Shown: one piece after another, positions 12,258-23,672 of the stretch
Position numbering within the stretch: position 1 is the stretch's first letter
Layout of the letters: each line of letters starts with the position of its first letter
Assembly (NCBI GenBank): GCA_012026655.1
Contig: JAAILG010000028.1
Coordinates: forward strand, 124,001-188,000
Direction: 5' to 3'
Length of the DNA stretch: 64,000 bases
Origin: Hydrolagus affinis
Lineage: Eukaryota
Translations under genes and position numbers: made by a program
The notes under the pieces: generated by a model
Seen by the model: only the letters and a program-made list of their open reading frames with translations
What the model was told of the DNA's origin: nothing
Database searches by the model: none

Positions 12258-12900
12258 AGTAAGCAGGAACCCGGTGTTAGTCAATTTGCGGATCACTTTC
12301 CCTCCAAAAAGAAAAGAAAAATTTGGTCACTCAATCCACAATTGTTTTTTTAGGACTCTGCTGTGTTCAATTGGCTTCTACATTTTACCCACAAAAAAAC
12401 ATCAATACACTTTACAATATATTCTTTGAAGAGCTTTGAGATGTTTCAACATCACAACAACAACAACAAATTACACTTATAAAGCGCCTTTCACGTCGGG
12501 AGGACGTCCCAAGGCGCTGTACAGGAGGCGTGTGACCCGAGCTGGGAGGGGAGTGTACTGGAAGGGGGTGAAACAAGTAGGGGAGGTCGAAGAATTCGGG
12601 GTGGAACAAAAGGCACGGTCGAAGAGGAAAGTCTTCAAACCGGCCTTGAAAGAGGAAAGGGAAGAAACGAGACGGAGGGATTGGGGGATGGAATTCCATA
12701 GGGTCGGAGCAGAAAAACTGAAGGACCGGCCTCCAATGGTGGGGCGGTTCGGGCGGGGGGCTTGGAGCAGGCCAAGTCCTGCTGAACGGAGGGTCTGGGT
12801 GGGCTTGTAGGGGGAGAGTAAATTGGTTAAGTAGGGCGGGGCAAGGCCATGTAAGGCCACGCTAAGGTTATACATTAAACACAAGGATTCTTCTTCTTCT
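12258..12900 (+). mobile_element. Family B SINE (5'-truncated), tail interrupted by an L2
   Basis: 'agtaagcaggaacccggtgttagtcaatttgcggatcactttcc...tggtcactcaatccac...ctttgagatgtttcaac'; tail resumes near 12861 'gctaaggttatacattaaacacaaggattcttc'. Confidence 0.75.
12456..12860 (-). mobile_element. L2 LINE 3' fragment, well preserved
   Basis: ORF 12477-13007(-): LHGLAPPYLTNLLSPYKPTQTLRSAGLGLLQAPR..TIGGRSFSFSAPTLWNSIP..FKAGLKTFLFDRAF; (caa)n tail on the + strand. Confidence 0.93.
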
Positions 12901-13559
12901 TCATGGAAGAAACAGTTTGATGCTGTCAGGGGAAGACAGGTGAGAAAGTCTGTTTTCCACCCTCCCCCCACCCCCCCACCCACCCCACTCCCCTCCCCCC
13001 CACCCATGTACTTCAGTACATCAACCTAAAATAACACACTTTTAAAAATAACCATAAATAGGGACTCTTCATTTCATTTGTAAAATAGCACTTGGAAGCC
13101 AATACTTAAGGGGTTTATTCTGGTTGTAGATAGAAAAGGAACATGTATTCATCAAGTTGAAATGGCTTTCGTATAAAAGTCATGTCAGTGAGACTGTAAA
13201 TTGCAGAGAAAAGACAGTTTCGAAACTGCGCCAGACATTGCGGAAAAGCATTGATGGAGAAGCAATCGAGCTGCTAGTTATTGCAGGCAAATAGCAACTG
13301 AGGAGTTTGAGGCTCCTGCAAATGGTGAGGAAAGTGCATTGTATATATTGATCTTATGATTGAGGATATTGTTGTCAAGTGGTTGCTGTATGATCAGAGC
13401 AAAGGCAATCATATCTTTCAAAATGGACTGTAGTTTTTTTTTAACTCTTCTCGTTCGTGGATAAGAAGGGCCCTTGAGAGCAGCAGAATTCATTAAAACA
13501 TTATCCTGGCTGCACTATGGTTTAAAAAAAAGCGGAGACCAAACTTATTACCTTTTCTG

Positions 13560-13805
13560 AAGGCCTTATTGCGGCTTAGAGCCGGATGCCCTATTTAAGA
13601 AAAGTCAGCTGGCTGCATAAGTGATGTATTTGTGTTTCCCTTCCAAAAACATAACAGTTATGGGTTATGGTGATAGCTCGTGGGCCAAGGTGCGGGGGGG
13701 AGAGGAGTGGGGAGGGGGGTGGCGGGTGGTGGGAGGGGAGGTGGAGGTGGGGTGAGCGGGGGAATTGGGCAAGGTGTCCCACAGCCCGCCAATTGGACAA
13801 CCCTG
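13560..13805. mobile_element. Possible hAT (Charlie/MER30-like) MITE remnant containing a G-rich tract
   Basis: Ends 'cccacagcccgccaattggacaaccctg', like a hAT terminal inverted repeat (CAGGGTTGTCCAA); the partner TIR was not found. Confidence 0.3.
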
Positions 13806-14691
13806 ACTTAGGCAATCATACGATTTACAAAGATCAGACCTTTTCACATGCAGTCCAACTGCAACCATTAGGCCAACAGGAGCAAAAGCATTGCTGCCCT
13901 GTATTGGGTGCGGTTGAGTGATTCAGACATCGAGACCACATGCGGTCTTATAACGAGTCTTTATGTTACTGTCAGAAAGCACGGCCAATGCTGCTAACAC
14001 GGTGCTGAGCAGTGACTTTGATAGCAGTTGCTCAACCTCATTAGTTTAAATGAAATAGAAATAAAGATCTATTTTCAACGGGAGACATTTGTGAGTGAAT
14101 AATTCTGCTCCAAGCTTAAGAGTTTCAAGCAGAGTCGGAAGAAATAATAACAATTATTGCTGGTTGTCCTTGATAAACATACCAAATCCTGTGGTGCGGT
14201 AATTCTGCAATCACTGTAGGAGGGGGTAAGAATTATATAGGTACATTGGCTTGGGGAACATTCATTTATATTTCATTCAAACTCATAGAACCTCATCAAA
14301 TTATCGAGGCATCTCAAAGTGCGTCCAGTCTTCCGTCCTCGTGAACTAGAGAATGCAAGGTGATTTGACTTGATGCATTATCCTCAATCTAAGGTGTTAA
14401 TTTATTAATAACACCGTAATGTTCGGTTCAAATCAGGCCCGGATAATTGCTATTTCATAAATCCCCAGGCAAGGTTGCTGAAAAGCTAAGCAATATTACC
14501 CAAACCACAAATATTTCCACGTTGCTACAATTAACTCAACATTATGAGCCAGAACGCAAGTGGAGCTGACAGTTGTGCTAACAGGAAAGACACATTACAG
14601 TTATCTCAGGGGTATACGAGTTCTGAATTGATTTGTATAGAAAAATTTTAGGTGGACACAACGCATGTTTCACACTAAATGTTAATGATAT

Positions 14692-14990
14692 TAATAATAA
14701 TAATCTTTGCATTTGATGCAGCATCTTATCACATCATCGAGAAGTCTCAAAGCATTTCACGGGATACACCGTAAAGTGTAGTTACTGTGCATTTTATGGA
14801 CAAAACGTGGCAGCCAATTGTGCGCAGGAATTTCCCACAAACATTCGGGGATTGAATAACCACATTATTTTTTTTGGAGGGATTATTAACTCTCGGAAAG
14901 CGATCCGCCAATCAGCTAACGAGCGGATTCCTACTTACTGCTAGGTAAACAGAGGCATATATGTGGAATATGGAAACTTGCCTAACCCTG
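14692..14990 (-). mobile_element. Family B SINE lacking its tRNA head
   Basis: Tail plus B-specific block 'ctcggaaagcgatccgccaatcagctaacgagcggattcctacttactgctaggtaaacagaggc' and 'ggaaacttgcc'. Confidence 0.85.
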
Positions 14991-16393
14991 CGTAATGTTA
15001 AGTGAGAGTCCAGTCGAGAAACGCTGCCTCTTCCTGTACTATCCGTCAGATCAATTAGGCAGTTAATTATTTCCAATGTCCCGTTTCCCAATTATTCTGC
15101 AAAGTGAAGGTTCCTTCCAGCCACTGATCCCTGATGCTGAATGAGTGAATGTTGCCACAGCTTCCCACTGATTTGGTAGCTGCTCTTTCCCATTCCCCAA
15201 TAGTGGGGGAAGTGATCAAGTTTTTGATTTGGACACGGGAACATTGCCTTGTATTGTCATTTCACCGCGTTTGTTGTCAGGTCTTGCGAATTCTACGGTC
15301 TTTGTCTCAGTGCAAGATGTTACAATAATCCTTTGTTACAGCGCCTTATCGCATGCTCGAAACACTTCACAGGAATTGAACATAAGGTGCAGTGACTGTA
15401 TATTTGTAGGTGAATTCAGCAAGCAATTTCTGCACAGCAGTGACCATATAAAATCATTCATGAAAGTCAGTGACCAATTTTATTCGGGGGATTATTGATC
15501 AGGACAGTTGATGTGGTGCTCCTCAGATTCATCACGGAATTACACAGAGACTAGACTCGAAATCCGGGTTTAAAAACAGTTGAGAATTAAATCTGAGGTT
15601 ACATTCTAAAGAAAGCCTCTTTGGAGGCTACCCACTGCACAAAGTATTTGCAATATAATTTCCTGCGGGTTTTAAACTATCCAGCCGTCAACGTTTTAAA
15701 CCTTTTAAATGCATTTTTGATAGACTTGCTGTTCATTATCAATGATCAAAACAACTTTAAAAGGGAGGTAGTGAGGGGAGGGAGGTGGGGGGAGTGGAGA
15801 ATTGGAATGTTATTTTAGGACAAAATAAAAGTTGAACCAAGACTTCAAAATAAGGCCAGACTCAACACGTTAATTGGGAATGACATTAATGAGTCAATAT
15901 GGTCAAAAATGATTTCAGATGTGTTTCAAAATCTAATCGCACATATGCTGAAGAAGGTTTGCTGAGGTCCAATCTTGTTCTGAAATTGGCCCATTTGTTC
16001 TGAATTAGAAGAATATCACAAGGCTTTTCCTCTTTGGCACTTAGTGAGTCTGTCCCCTTGCCAGGCCTGTAATTGTTGCCTTGTGTATGTTGAGAGCAAA
16101 TCTTCCAGCAGAACTGTGATATCATCCTTGTTTTGTGAAGAGTTAGCTCCGAGCCAGGGTATTACAGTAAATAAGAAAAGCCTCCAGTTCTCCAGGGTTT
16201 GGGAGAAACCCGGAAAAAATCAGCCAACGTTGTTGATTGTTAAATAAGAACCTCTTCTGAAAAACGCATATGTTTTTGACCTCAGGATAGGAAAGCATTG
16301 GGTTAGTTACAATCGCCTCACCAACTGAATAGCTTGCAAGCACTCACTGCCTCAACCAAACCCAGAGAAATGGCAATTTGGGAGAGATACTGC

Positions 16394-16575
16394 GTGTGAG
16401 CCTGGCTCGGTTGCTAACACTCTTTCCTCTGTAAGTAGGAATCCGCTTGTTGGTCGATTGGCGGATCACTTTCCGAGAGTTAATAATCCCTCCAAAAAAA
16501 ATAATGCAAAGACCCTCTTGACAGAAGGTTGTAGGTTGAAGCTCCACATCAAGAGTTTGAACTCATGGTGACATT
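16394..16575 (+). mobile_element. Family C head carrying an inserted family B internal fragment
   Basis: 'gtgtgagcctggctcggttgctaacactctttcctctg' | 'taagtaggaatccgcttgttggtcgattggcggatcactttccgagagttaataatccc' | 'cagaaggttgtaggttgaagctccac'. Confidence 0.7.
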
Positions 16576-16634
16576 CTAATAAAGTGACGGAGAAGTGATG
16601 AAATTATTTATGGAGTTTATGTATATTATATTAT

Positions 16635-16949
16635 GGAGTCCTGTAGCTCGGTGGTTAGGGCACTCGCCTTGCAAGTGAGAGACCTGGGTTCAATTCCAAG
16701 CAGTGCAAAACCTTAGGCAAGTTTTCGTACTCCACGTGCCTGATAATAATCCCTCAAAAACAAACAATAATAAATTGATCATTAAATCCACAACTGTTTG
16801 TGGGTCACAGCTGCGTGTAATTGGTTGCCGCGATTTACCCACAAACATACAGTTTTCACTTTATAATATACTCTGTGAAACACTTTGAGACATCTAGAAA
16901 ACGTGAAAAGCGCTATATCAAATGCAGGATTCTTTTTCTTATTATTATT
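16635..16949 (+). mobile_element. Family A tRNA-derived SINE, full length
   Basis: 'ggagtcctgtagctcggtggttagggcactcgccttgcaag...ggttcaattcc...gtgaaaagcgctatatcaaatgcagg'. Confidence 0.92.
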
Positions 16950-17092
16950 ACGTGTCATCAAGCAGTTTTAGGAGGTATATTTGTCTTGAAAATGCAGAGT
17001 TGTGTAAAAGCGCTTATAAATACAGTACATGAGAAAGTTGGAACTTATGTGTCACTGCAGAAAGGATGACCCACGTTTTCATGCTCAAGTCC

Positions 17093-17443
17093 ATAATAAT
17101 AATATAATAATAATCCTTGCATTTGATATAGCGCTTTTCACATCTTATTGACGTCCCAAAGCGCTTCACAGAATATACTGTAAAGTGAATTGACTATATA
17201 TTTGTGGGCGAATCGCGGCAGCCAATTGCACACAGCAGTGTCCCACAAACAGTCGTGGATTGAAATGATCAATTTTATTATTGTGGTTTGTTTTTCTTGG
17301 ACGGATTATTATTAGGTGTGTGGAGTAAGGAAACTTGCCCAAGGTTTCGCCCTGACCTGCCTGGATTCGAACACAGGTCTACCCCAGTCTGGTCTCCCCA
17401 GCTTGCAAGACAAGTACTCTAACCACTAAGCCACAAGAGCTCC
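17093..17443 (-). mobile_element. Family A tRNA-derived SINE, full length, with a small internal duplication in the head
   Basis: Complete reverse copy; 'ggtctaccccagtctggtctccccag' duplication between the anticodon and T arms. Confidence 0.92.
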
Positions 17444-18639
17444 ATAGAATAGGAGTTTGTCAGAACCCTGAAATATTGTCTGGAATTAAATTATGCATAG
17501 CGATATTTTGCTCTATATTGAAACTGCGTACCTGCCTTCACTCAGTTTAAGCCTACTCACCCACATGAGAGTCCCAATACGCAATATGTTTGAAGAAACA
17601 AGTTTCGAATTAGCAGAACATCCACACAAAATGGAATTGTGCATTTACTTAGAGTACTGTATATAGGTATGCGCACACCCATACCCACACATCTAATTAA
17701 GCACCAACAGAACTAGCTAATTAATTGCTTTTAAAACTGACTATGTAGAATTAAGAGAGGCCATTACCTTCACATATGCTGCATGATTGAAAGTAGAAGA
17801 TGCTTAAATTCTGTCAAGTTTAGACAGAAGCCTCGCTATCTTATATCTCCTGGGATATAAAAATGGGGGAGGAATAGGAATTTGTTAACATTTGCCTGTT
17901 CAGAAAAGCAAATGTGAGTCAAAGCAAACTCATCTTTTTTTCCAAGTCATTTTGCCAATTTCATTTGAAACAATCGTCCCATTGATAGTTCCAGTCGTAA
18001 GCTGGCACATTTTTAAACACACTTTGCTTCAAATGTTTCAATAACTTGTTGCGTCTTAAAACAGAAATCGTCTTGTTTTGAACGAGATTCCCTACAGCCA
18101 AAACCAGGAAAAATGCAAAAAAGAAAAATAACATTGTCTATGTTAGCTGATTTCGTCAAGAAGAGGAGTGAAAATTTAGAAATGAAGATCCATATTGGCG
18201 TCAGGGAGTTTAATAATCAATGAATGGGATCATTAATGTGTCTGTAATTACTTAATGCAGACTGTCTGCTCATTGGGGAAACTCATTGGGAGGCATTGCA
18301 TGGAAAGTATCTCACCGACAAAACGTAAAGCTACAAAATATGAAGATTTCAGGAGTGCTCGTTGCTTTCGGAATTTCAGAATGGAATATTTTGGGGGCTG
18401 CAGATGTTGTCAAAGAAATTACAACGCTTTTTAAAGTAAAACTGGGAACCTCTGATTCCTTGGCATAAGTCCTTAGGAACCCGCATTCATTTTCTAACAA
18501 AAAGGTTGATGCTGTTATGAAAGGAAATTGTACATATATATACAACCGCACCGTTGTCCCAGGTCAAAATATTACGCTATGAAAATTCCAGCTCTAAAGC
18601 TAATGTGCCACTCTGAAGAAATAGCATTTGTCCTCTTTC

Positions 18640-18805
18640 GTTGGTCATTCGCTTCACGGCTGTTTGTGGGATGTCCCTGCGCACAAAATCCCTCCCGTTC
18701 CTACCTTAAAATAAACATTCACTACGCCTTACTGTAAAACCCTGTGAAGTGTTTCGAGATGTCCACCTGATGTGATAAGCCGCTACATCAAATGTAAGGA
18801 ATTTT
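18640..18805 (+). mobile_element. Deu-type SINE 3' fragment
   Basis: 'ttggtcattcgcttcacggctgtttgtgggatgtcc...gtgataagccgctacatcaaatgtaagga'. Confidence 0.7.
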
Positions 18806-19233
18806 AGAATAAATGCTACCATATCCCACATTTTCACCTAGAACGCTTTGAGGAAGCACAGACAAGATAAGAGCATAAATGAAAATCTGTCAATGATTAC
18901 TTCATGATTCGGTTTGTTTTAGTGGCATTATGATGGGAAGCAAGAAACAGATGTGAGATATGCCTATATGGAGGTGCTGATTGGCATGTACAGCTTGAGG
19001 GTTACAAATAAATCAGTTCAAGACTGATTTAATGAACGTGAGGAACAGACAGTTTAGGCAGGAGGTTTAGCAAATTGTTTTTTATGATAATTCGGCTTCA
19101 CGGAGGCATTGAGACATCAGTGAGCGGTGAAAGATGATCGATTCTTACTTTTGGTTGTTAGTATCTAAGGCTTAAAGTGGACAGAATGATGGTGAGTGAA
19201 CGCACACACTGGTATGACATAGGAGAGTTTACC

Positions 19234-19638
19234 ATAATAATAATAATAATAATACTTGCATTTGATATGGCGCCTTATCATGTCTCTAAAGACGTTTCAA
19301 AGCACTTCACAGAATATATTGTTGATCGAATTGACTGTATTTTGTGGGGGAAATGCAGTAGCCGTTTGTGCTCAGTAGCGTCCCACAAACAGCCGTGGAT
19401 TGAGTAGCCAAATTTTTTTTGTGTACTGTATCTTTTTTGAATGGGATTATTACCCCCAGAAAGCGATCCACCAATTGAGTAAGTTCTAGCCAGGGTTTCC
19501 TACATACTGCTAGGTAAACAGATGTGCATTTGTGTGTGTAGCAAGGAAACTTGCCCAAGGTTTGGCACTGCCTGGGAATCAAACCTGTGTCCATTTGCTT
19601 GCGAGGCGAGCTCGCAAACTCCTACGCTGTAGGACTCC
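19234..19638 (-). mobile_element. Family B tRNA-derived SINE, full length
   Basis: Head ends 'ctgtaggactcc'; has 'ggaaacttgcccaagg', B block 'actgctaggtaaacag', Deu 3' part and (aat)n tail. Confidence 0.9.
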
Positions 19639-20387
19639 ACAATACCCAGTGTTTTAGAACCATACCCTGGCACTATTAGGAAAGAAACCAGAAAAAATAA
19701 TAATATGAAAAATACAAAATGGTTCAAAGGAACATCAGCGGATACATAGAAAATTATGTATTTTTAATTGACTCATTACTTCTTTTAAAATAAACATATT
19801 TCGTCTGACGTTTAATTGTGAATATTTTACGTGATTCATTGCAGCGCAATCTATATCATGCAATTTATATTCATACAGCAACGCCTTCCCTTCACGTCGG
19901 GAGGATGTCTCAAAACGCTTGCTTAATAGGGCTGGAATTGTGCACATTACTAAATTGGACAGCGAGGCCCTTTTAGAGATAAAAACCTTTATCTGCCCTG
20001 TATTGTGACAAACCGTTGGTTTCTTTGTCTGCCGTGGATTGGTAGCAAACGGGCTTGCAAAGGTGTTCAACATGACAGAAGCCTGCAGCATCTGGTACAC
20101 TGCCATAATTACCTTAATTAGCTCTGGGATCAAATACTATCCAGGCACAAAAGCAGTTGCTACAGCAACCAAATTGTGGCCTTTCTCCAAGGGTTTAGGA
20201 CCTCCTAGCTCATTTAGGAAAAGATCCTTGGTAATCCGCAGCGTTGCCAGTGACCCGAGGGCATGTTATATCACTGGATGTGCACCTGCCCACTGTGGGG
20301 TGCCAGTCAGTGCCCCCACGCTTGCTGAGAGTAATTGTCAATGTGCTTACAAGAGCGCATCAACCACAATTCCACCCAACTACCCAC

Positions 20388-20432
20388 CCCTCCCTCCCTC
20401 CCTCCCTCTCTCTCACACACACACACACACAC
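20388..20432. repeat. Compound microsatellite (ccct)n(ct)n(ca)n
   Basis: Visible directly in the sequence. Confidence 0.9.
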
Positions 20433-20469
20433 GCGCTATTCCCAGTTGCATTTACTCCCTTTTTTCAAC

Positions 20470-20585
20470 AAGAAAGTCTCGGCTGTAAAATATACAGTCG
20501 ATCTACGTTTGCGGTACATTGTGTGAAGACGTCTCAACAATGCGAAAAAGCACTAAGTCAAATGCAAGGATTATTCTTAATAATA
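20470..20585 (+). mobile_element. SINE 3' tail fragment
   Basis: 'aaatatacagtcgatct...gacgtctcaacaatgcgaaaagcactaagtcaaatgcaaggattatt'. Confidence 0.7.
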
Positions 20586-21009
20586 TCACCCCACAGTCCG
20601 AAGGGAATGGAGAGGGATGTGGGGTGGGGAGGGTGGGGGAGGCGGGGTTGTGTGTGGGAATTAACATTGCATTTACATTCCCAGCCATTTTAACCCTGAG
20701 CACTGGTTTTCCGAGAGCCAAAGTGTCTCAAAGAGCTTCCCTCACAGGACAGATATACTGCAAAACATCCTTGTGTAGTTTGGTGCTTGTCAAGCCGACA
20801 GATGATGGCGCTACAAAAACTTGCACAATTTGAAAAACGCCGAGATTCAGTTCCTTGAAAAGGCGAGAAGGAGCAAAGGGGTCATTTAGGAATATTTCGG
20901 AAGATGATAGCTTAATTCTTAAAGTACCCAGGGACATTACCTGGAAAGGAGAACCGTCCACCGATTAAAGGAAAGCTGTCAAGTTTCGTAAACCTCTGGT
21001 GAAACACAG

Positions 21010-21485
21010 TCACAACAACGACAAAATTACGTTTGTAATAGCGCCTTTCACGTCGTCAAAGTCCATTTGCTTGATCGTTCAATTGTTGCACAATACGCAA
21101 AGGAAATGCTATGGGTACGGAGGACATTTTTTCCTCCAGCAAGTGGAAAAATGCAATAAGAACAAATGTTTGGTAAAGCATTTTCGCCCACAATATATAC
21201 TGACAATTTGCTTCACTGGTATATTCTGTGAAGCACTTAAAGACATCTCAAAGACATGGTAAGGCGCCATATCAAATGCAAGGATTATTATTTATAATGT
21301 GCCTAAAAACAAGAACTCTATCTCATCATTCCACGGATGGTTGCTTGTGGGACATTGCTGTGCGCGAATTGGCTACCTTGTCTACAAACACATTCATTGT
21401 ACAGTACAGTAAAATCCTGTGACGTGCTTTTAAGTTGTCTCAACGAAGGGAACGACACCATGTCAAATGCGAGGATTCTTATCAT
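21010..21485. mobile_element. Cluster: L2 tail (-, about 21010-21060) and two SINE tails (+, about 21175-21295 and 21330-21485)
   Basis: 'acaacgacaaaattacgtttgtaatagcgcctttcacgtc'; 'taaggcgccatatcaaatgcaaggattatt'; 'gtgggacattgctgtgcgcgaattggct'. Confidence 0.7.
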
Positions 21486-23439
21486 TCCCTCTTAATCAGA
21501 ATTGGCCTCATTATTCTTATTATTGTGTTCCTAAAACGCTCGAGCTCTCCATCTTTCTGATTTATGACAGCAATGTATAGAAGGCTTGCAGCACAAGAGC
21601 TAAATTGGAAATGTCCGGTCGAATTACTACCTTGTAACTCCGTATTCTTTTTACCTCTCTTCTCTTCAGTGGAACCTCCTATAACTCTATCCCTCGACAG
21701 AGCTCTGTCTCATTTACAGTGCGAGTCTCTTGTGGGATTGCGACCTCTAACCGGAAGCACTTTACACCAGGTTTCCCACATTAATACGTTCCCAAATTTC
21801 ATACCATTCCCTCCATGGGCATTACTTGCTGGACACAAGCCAGACGTATGCTTCCAGCGTCTGCATGGACGTGATCAGCCAACTTTGCATGCATCGCTAT
21901 TCCTACAAAACATGCAGTCACTCCACTTTACAGTATATTCAGCGAAACGCTTTGAGCGTCTCGAAGACAAAATGCAAAGATTGTTACTATTTTATTATTT
22001 TATTTTTATAAGTACTATAACATGGCTGCTGAGACACGGGACCGGGGAAACGGTGTTTTGGGGGAGATTCCCATATTTGAAAAGACAAAACTTTTGAAAC
22101 TTTTCTAAATCCTTTTCGCTCGGTTTCCATTCGCTTCCATTTTTCCCCCCGTTTGTTTCCTCATTTTTCAGTTGGTCTCTCTCTCTCTCTGCTGTTTTTC
22201 ATCCACACCACACTCATCCCACACTCCTGGCTCAGGTTTCCCCTTTTGCAGAAATAAATTAAAGAAAGCAGTTTCTGAGTTTGGCCAGGAATAAAGTTAT
22301 TTTAGTATACAGTTGAATTACAAGAATTTTCCAAATCCTAACAGTACACTCAAATAAAAAATAATGAACCACATTGACGTGAGAGCTGGGCTCTCTCCGG
22401 ATGCCTTTTCCCAAGATATTTTGTTCCCCTTCTGCCTTCCTTCCTTTTTGCTTCTTTCTTTGTTTTCACTCACTCCTCCCCACAGAGCTTTATATGAATG
22501 TTACAATCACTTGAACCGTTCCTCCATCCAGAATAAATCCTCTTATTCCGTGCGTCGCGTGTTTCTTTTTCTTTTCAGATCGATTGTTTCTCGTCAATTT
22601 TAATTGATTAATAGACGGAGTGGGGTAATTGTGAAATAAAAATGAGGCTTTGAGTAGACAAGAAGACTGTTGAGCTACTGTATTGTTGTCGAAGGGTGAA
22701 CGGAGTGCATGTAAATGCTCAACTCATTTTAGCGTCTCATTTCAGTGTCAAATTGTGTGTCACCTAATTTGCAAGTAAAGCTGTCTCACGTCACATCTCT
22801 TTCTAGAAATACGCTGAACATTTCACTGATTGCCAATCCTCATCAAAGATTATTATCTGTCAGCTCATGTTTTGCTTTAAAATTCAGCTTAATAACATTA
22901 ATAACAATAATAAACAAAGACGATCCTTGTGTTTGATATAGGTCCTCTCGTATCAGGAAAATGTCTCAAAGTGACTTCACTCTTCGAAGTTGAGCATTTG
23001 TGTAAATCTATATTTAAAAAAATAGCATTTTACTACGCTCCGTTCGACTGGATGTTGCTTTTCCAACAGAGTTTCTGCTACTTGATGCTACAGCAGCCTT
23101 TGAAACAGTCGAGTGTCAATTTACAACAATGGCTCAAGATCACCCAGCACCTACTCACTGCAAAGTGACTCAGTGCAAAAGTCAGGGGTTAGTGTGCCAG
23201 TGCAGCTCGTGTTTGCATCAAGCGAATAAAATCATCCTCTGCCTCTTTTTAGCAGTTAAAGTGCTTCTTTTATCAGCTTGACAGGCACTTCTGATAAGCA
23301 ATTGTGAAAAGTGAAATCTGGAAAGGGCCAGCATATCTACACTAAATAATTCACTGGGTCTCGAGCACGCTGTGCTATCTGCAGCCCTGTGACCCGCTGA
23401 ACGCCATCGGTCTCCAATTAACTGTGTCACTTCAACCGC

Positions 23440-23672
23440 AAGAGAAGGGAGTTTCTCCTAGTGACCTGGCCAACAATTCCCCAGGTAGAATTGACCATTC
23501 AATTCATAGCAGTTTGTGAGACGTTGCTTTTACATCTCACGAACAGCTGTGAATCGAATGGATTGCCACCAATACAAAGTCCACGTCAGACCATTTTACA
23601 GGAATCCTGCGAGGCACTTTGAGATGTTCGCCTAATGTGATAGGCGCTGATACTAAATTCAGGGATCATTTT
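23440..23672 (+). mobile_element. Family C Deu-SINE 3' half
   Basis: 'agagaagggagtttctcctagtgacctggccaacaattcccc...gtgataggcgctgatactaaattcagggatc'. Confidence 0.7.

Noticed and set aside
18990-19230. Possible very old L2 fragment on the minus strand (similar at about 41270-41400)
   Set aside because: Only vague motif resemblance; a profile HMM search is needed before calling it.
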